Below, one piece after another: positions 63,794-64,000 of a stretch of DNA of 64,000 nt. Below the pieces are notes generated by a model, which did no database searches, had not been told where the DNA came from, and worked only from the letters and a program-made list of their open reading frames with translations. The translations under genes and the position numbers were made by a program. Source of the stretch: an uncultured virus (IMG/VR IMGVR_UViG_3300043466_003414) (Duplodnaviria; Heunggongvirae; Uroviricota; Caudoviricetes); IMG/VR virus record IMGVR_UViG_3300043466_003414; one strand, given 5' to 3'. How positions within the stretch are numbered: position 1 is the first letter of the stretch; every line of letters begins with the position of its first letter.

Positions 63794-64000
63794 TTATTTG
63801 TTGAATTTAGTTAAATATTTTTCTTCGGTAGGTAAGCCACCCCACATTTGAATATACATTTGTTTGTTTTGCATAAACTTTTGATTCAAAGTTGGGTCTT
63901 TGGCAATAGTCATTGAATTACGATAAACAATAGGGTCTAAAAATGAAGTCCATGTTTTCTTTGCTCCAACTAAAGTCATTTTATAGTCAAAGCTATTATC
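63794..64000 (-). CDS. C-terminal part of a gene running off the window (GT2-like tail)
   Basis: Frame is open to the window edge; ends NKQMYIQMWGGLPTEE. Confidence 0.45.
   Translation of the reverse strand, partial: DNSFDYKMTLVGAKKTWTSFLDPIVYRNSMTIAKDPTLNQKFMQNKQMYIQMWGGLPTEEKYLTKFNK

Noticed and set aside
1..64000. Nucleocytoviricota or other eukaryotic virus
   Set aside because: Bacteroidota promoters, intrinsic terminators, overlapping operonic genes, holin/endolysin and RecT all indicate a bacterial host
1..64000. tRNA, rRNA, integrase, reverse transcriptase/DGR
   Set aside because: No cloverleaf, rRNA-like, recombinase or RT motifs recognised by eye; a tRNAscan/Infernal run would be needed to exclude them formally

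Overview
AT-rich, gene-dense segment of a virus genome. Recurring TAnnTTTG/TTTG promoters and a SusC-type domain point to a Bacteroidota (Flavobacteria-like) host. No terminase, portal, HK97 capsid or tail genes are visible. Instead the window has an A32/FtsK-HerA-type packaging ATPase, a probable jelly-roll capsid protein with a distant paralog, and about 40 small single-pass membrane proteins, so it most likely comes from a large (>64 kb) tailless, internal-membrane virus. Layout: 1-480 is a G-rich/repeat non-coding region. 487-8758 (+) holds early genes (HTH regulators, YopX, a palm-only PolB-like protein with a candidate terminal protein, a PD-(D/E)xK nuclease, RecT). 8890-64000 is almost all minus strand: spike/fibre genes, a PAPS-sulfation plus heptosyltransferase module, the membrane/capsid block, lysis genes, two large modular proteins punctuated by a [FYLM]-x-x-G-G motif, a MoxR AAA+/vWA pair and a second glycosylation cluster. 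The most novel signals are the GG-delimited polyprotein/tag system, the virus type itself, the sulfation-heptosylation module beside a collagen-like fibre, the minimal PolB and two candidate sRNAs. All family assignments come from reading motifs by eye; no database searches were run.
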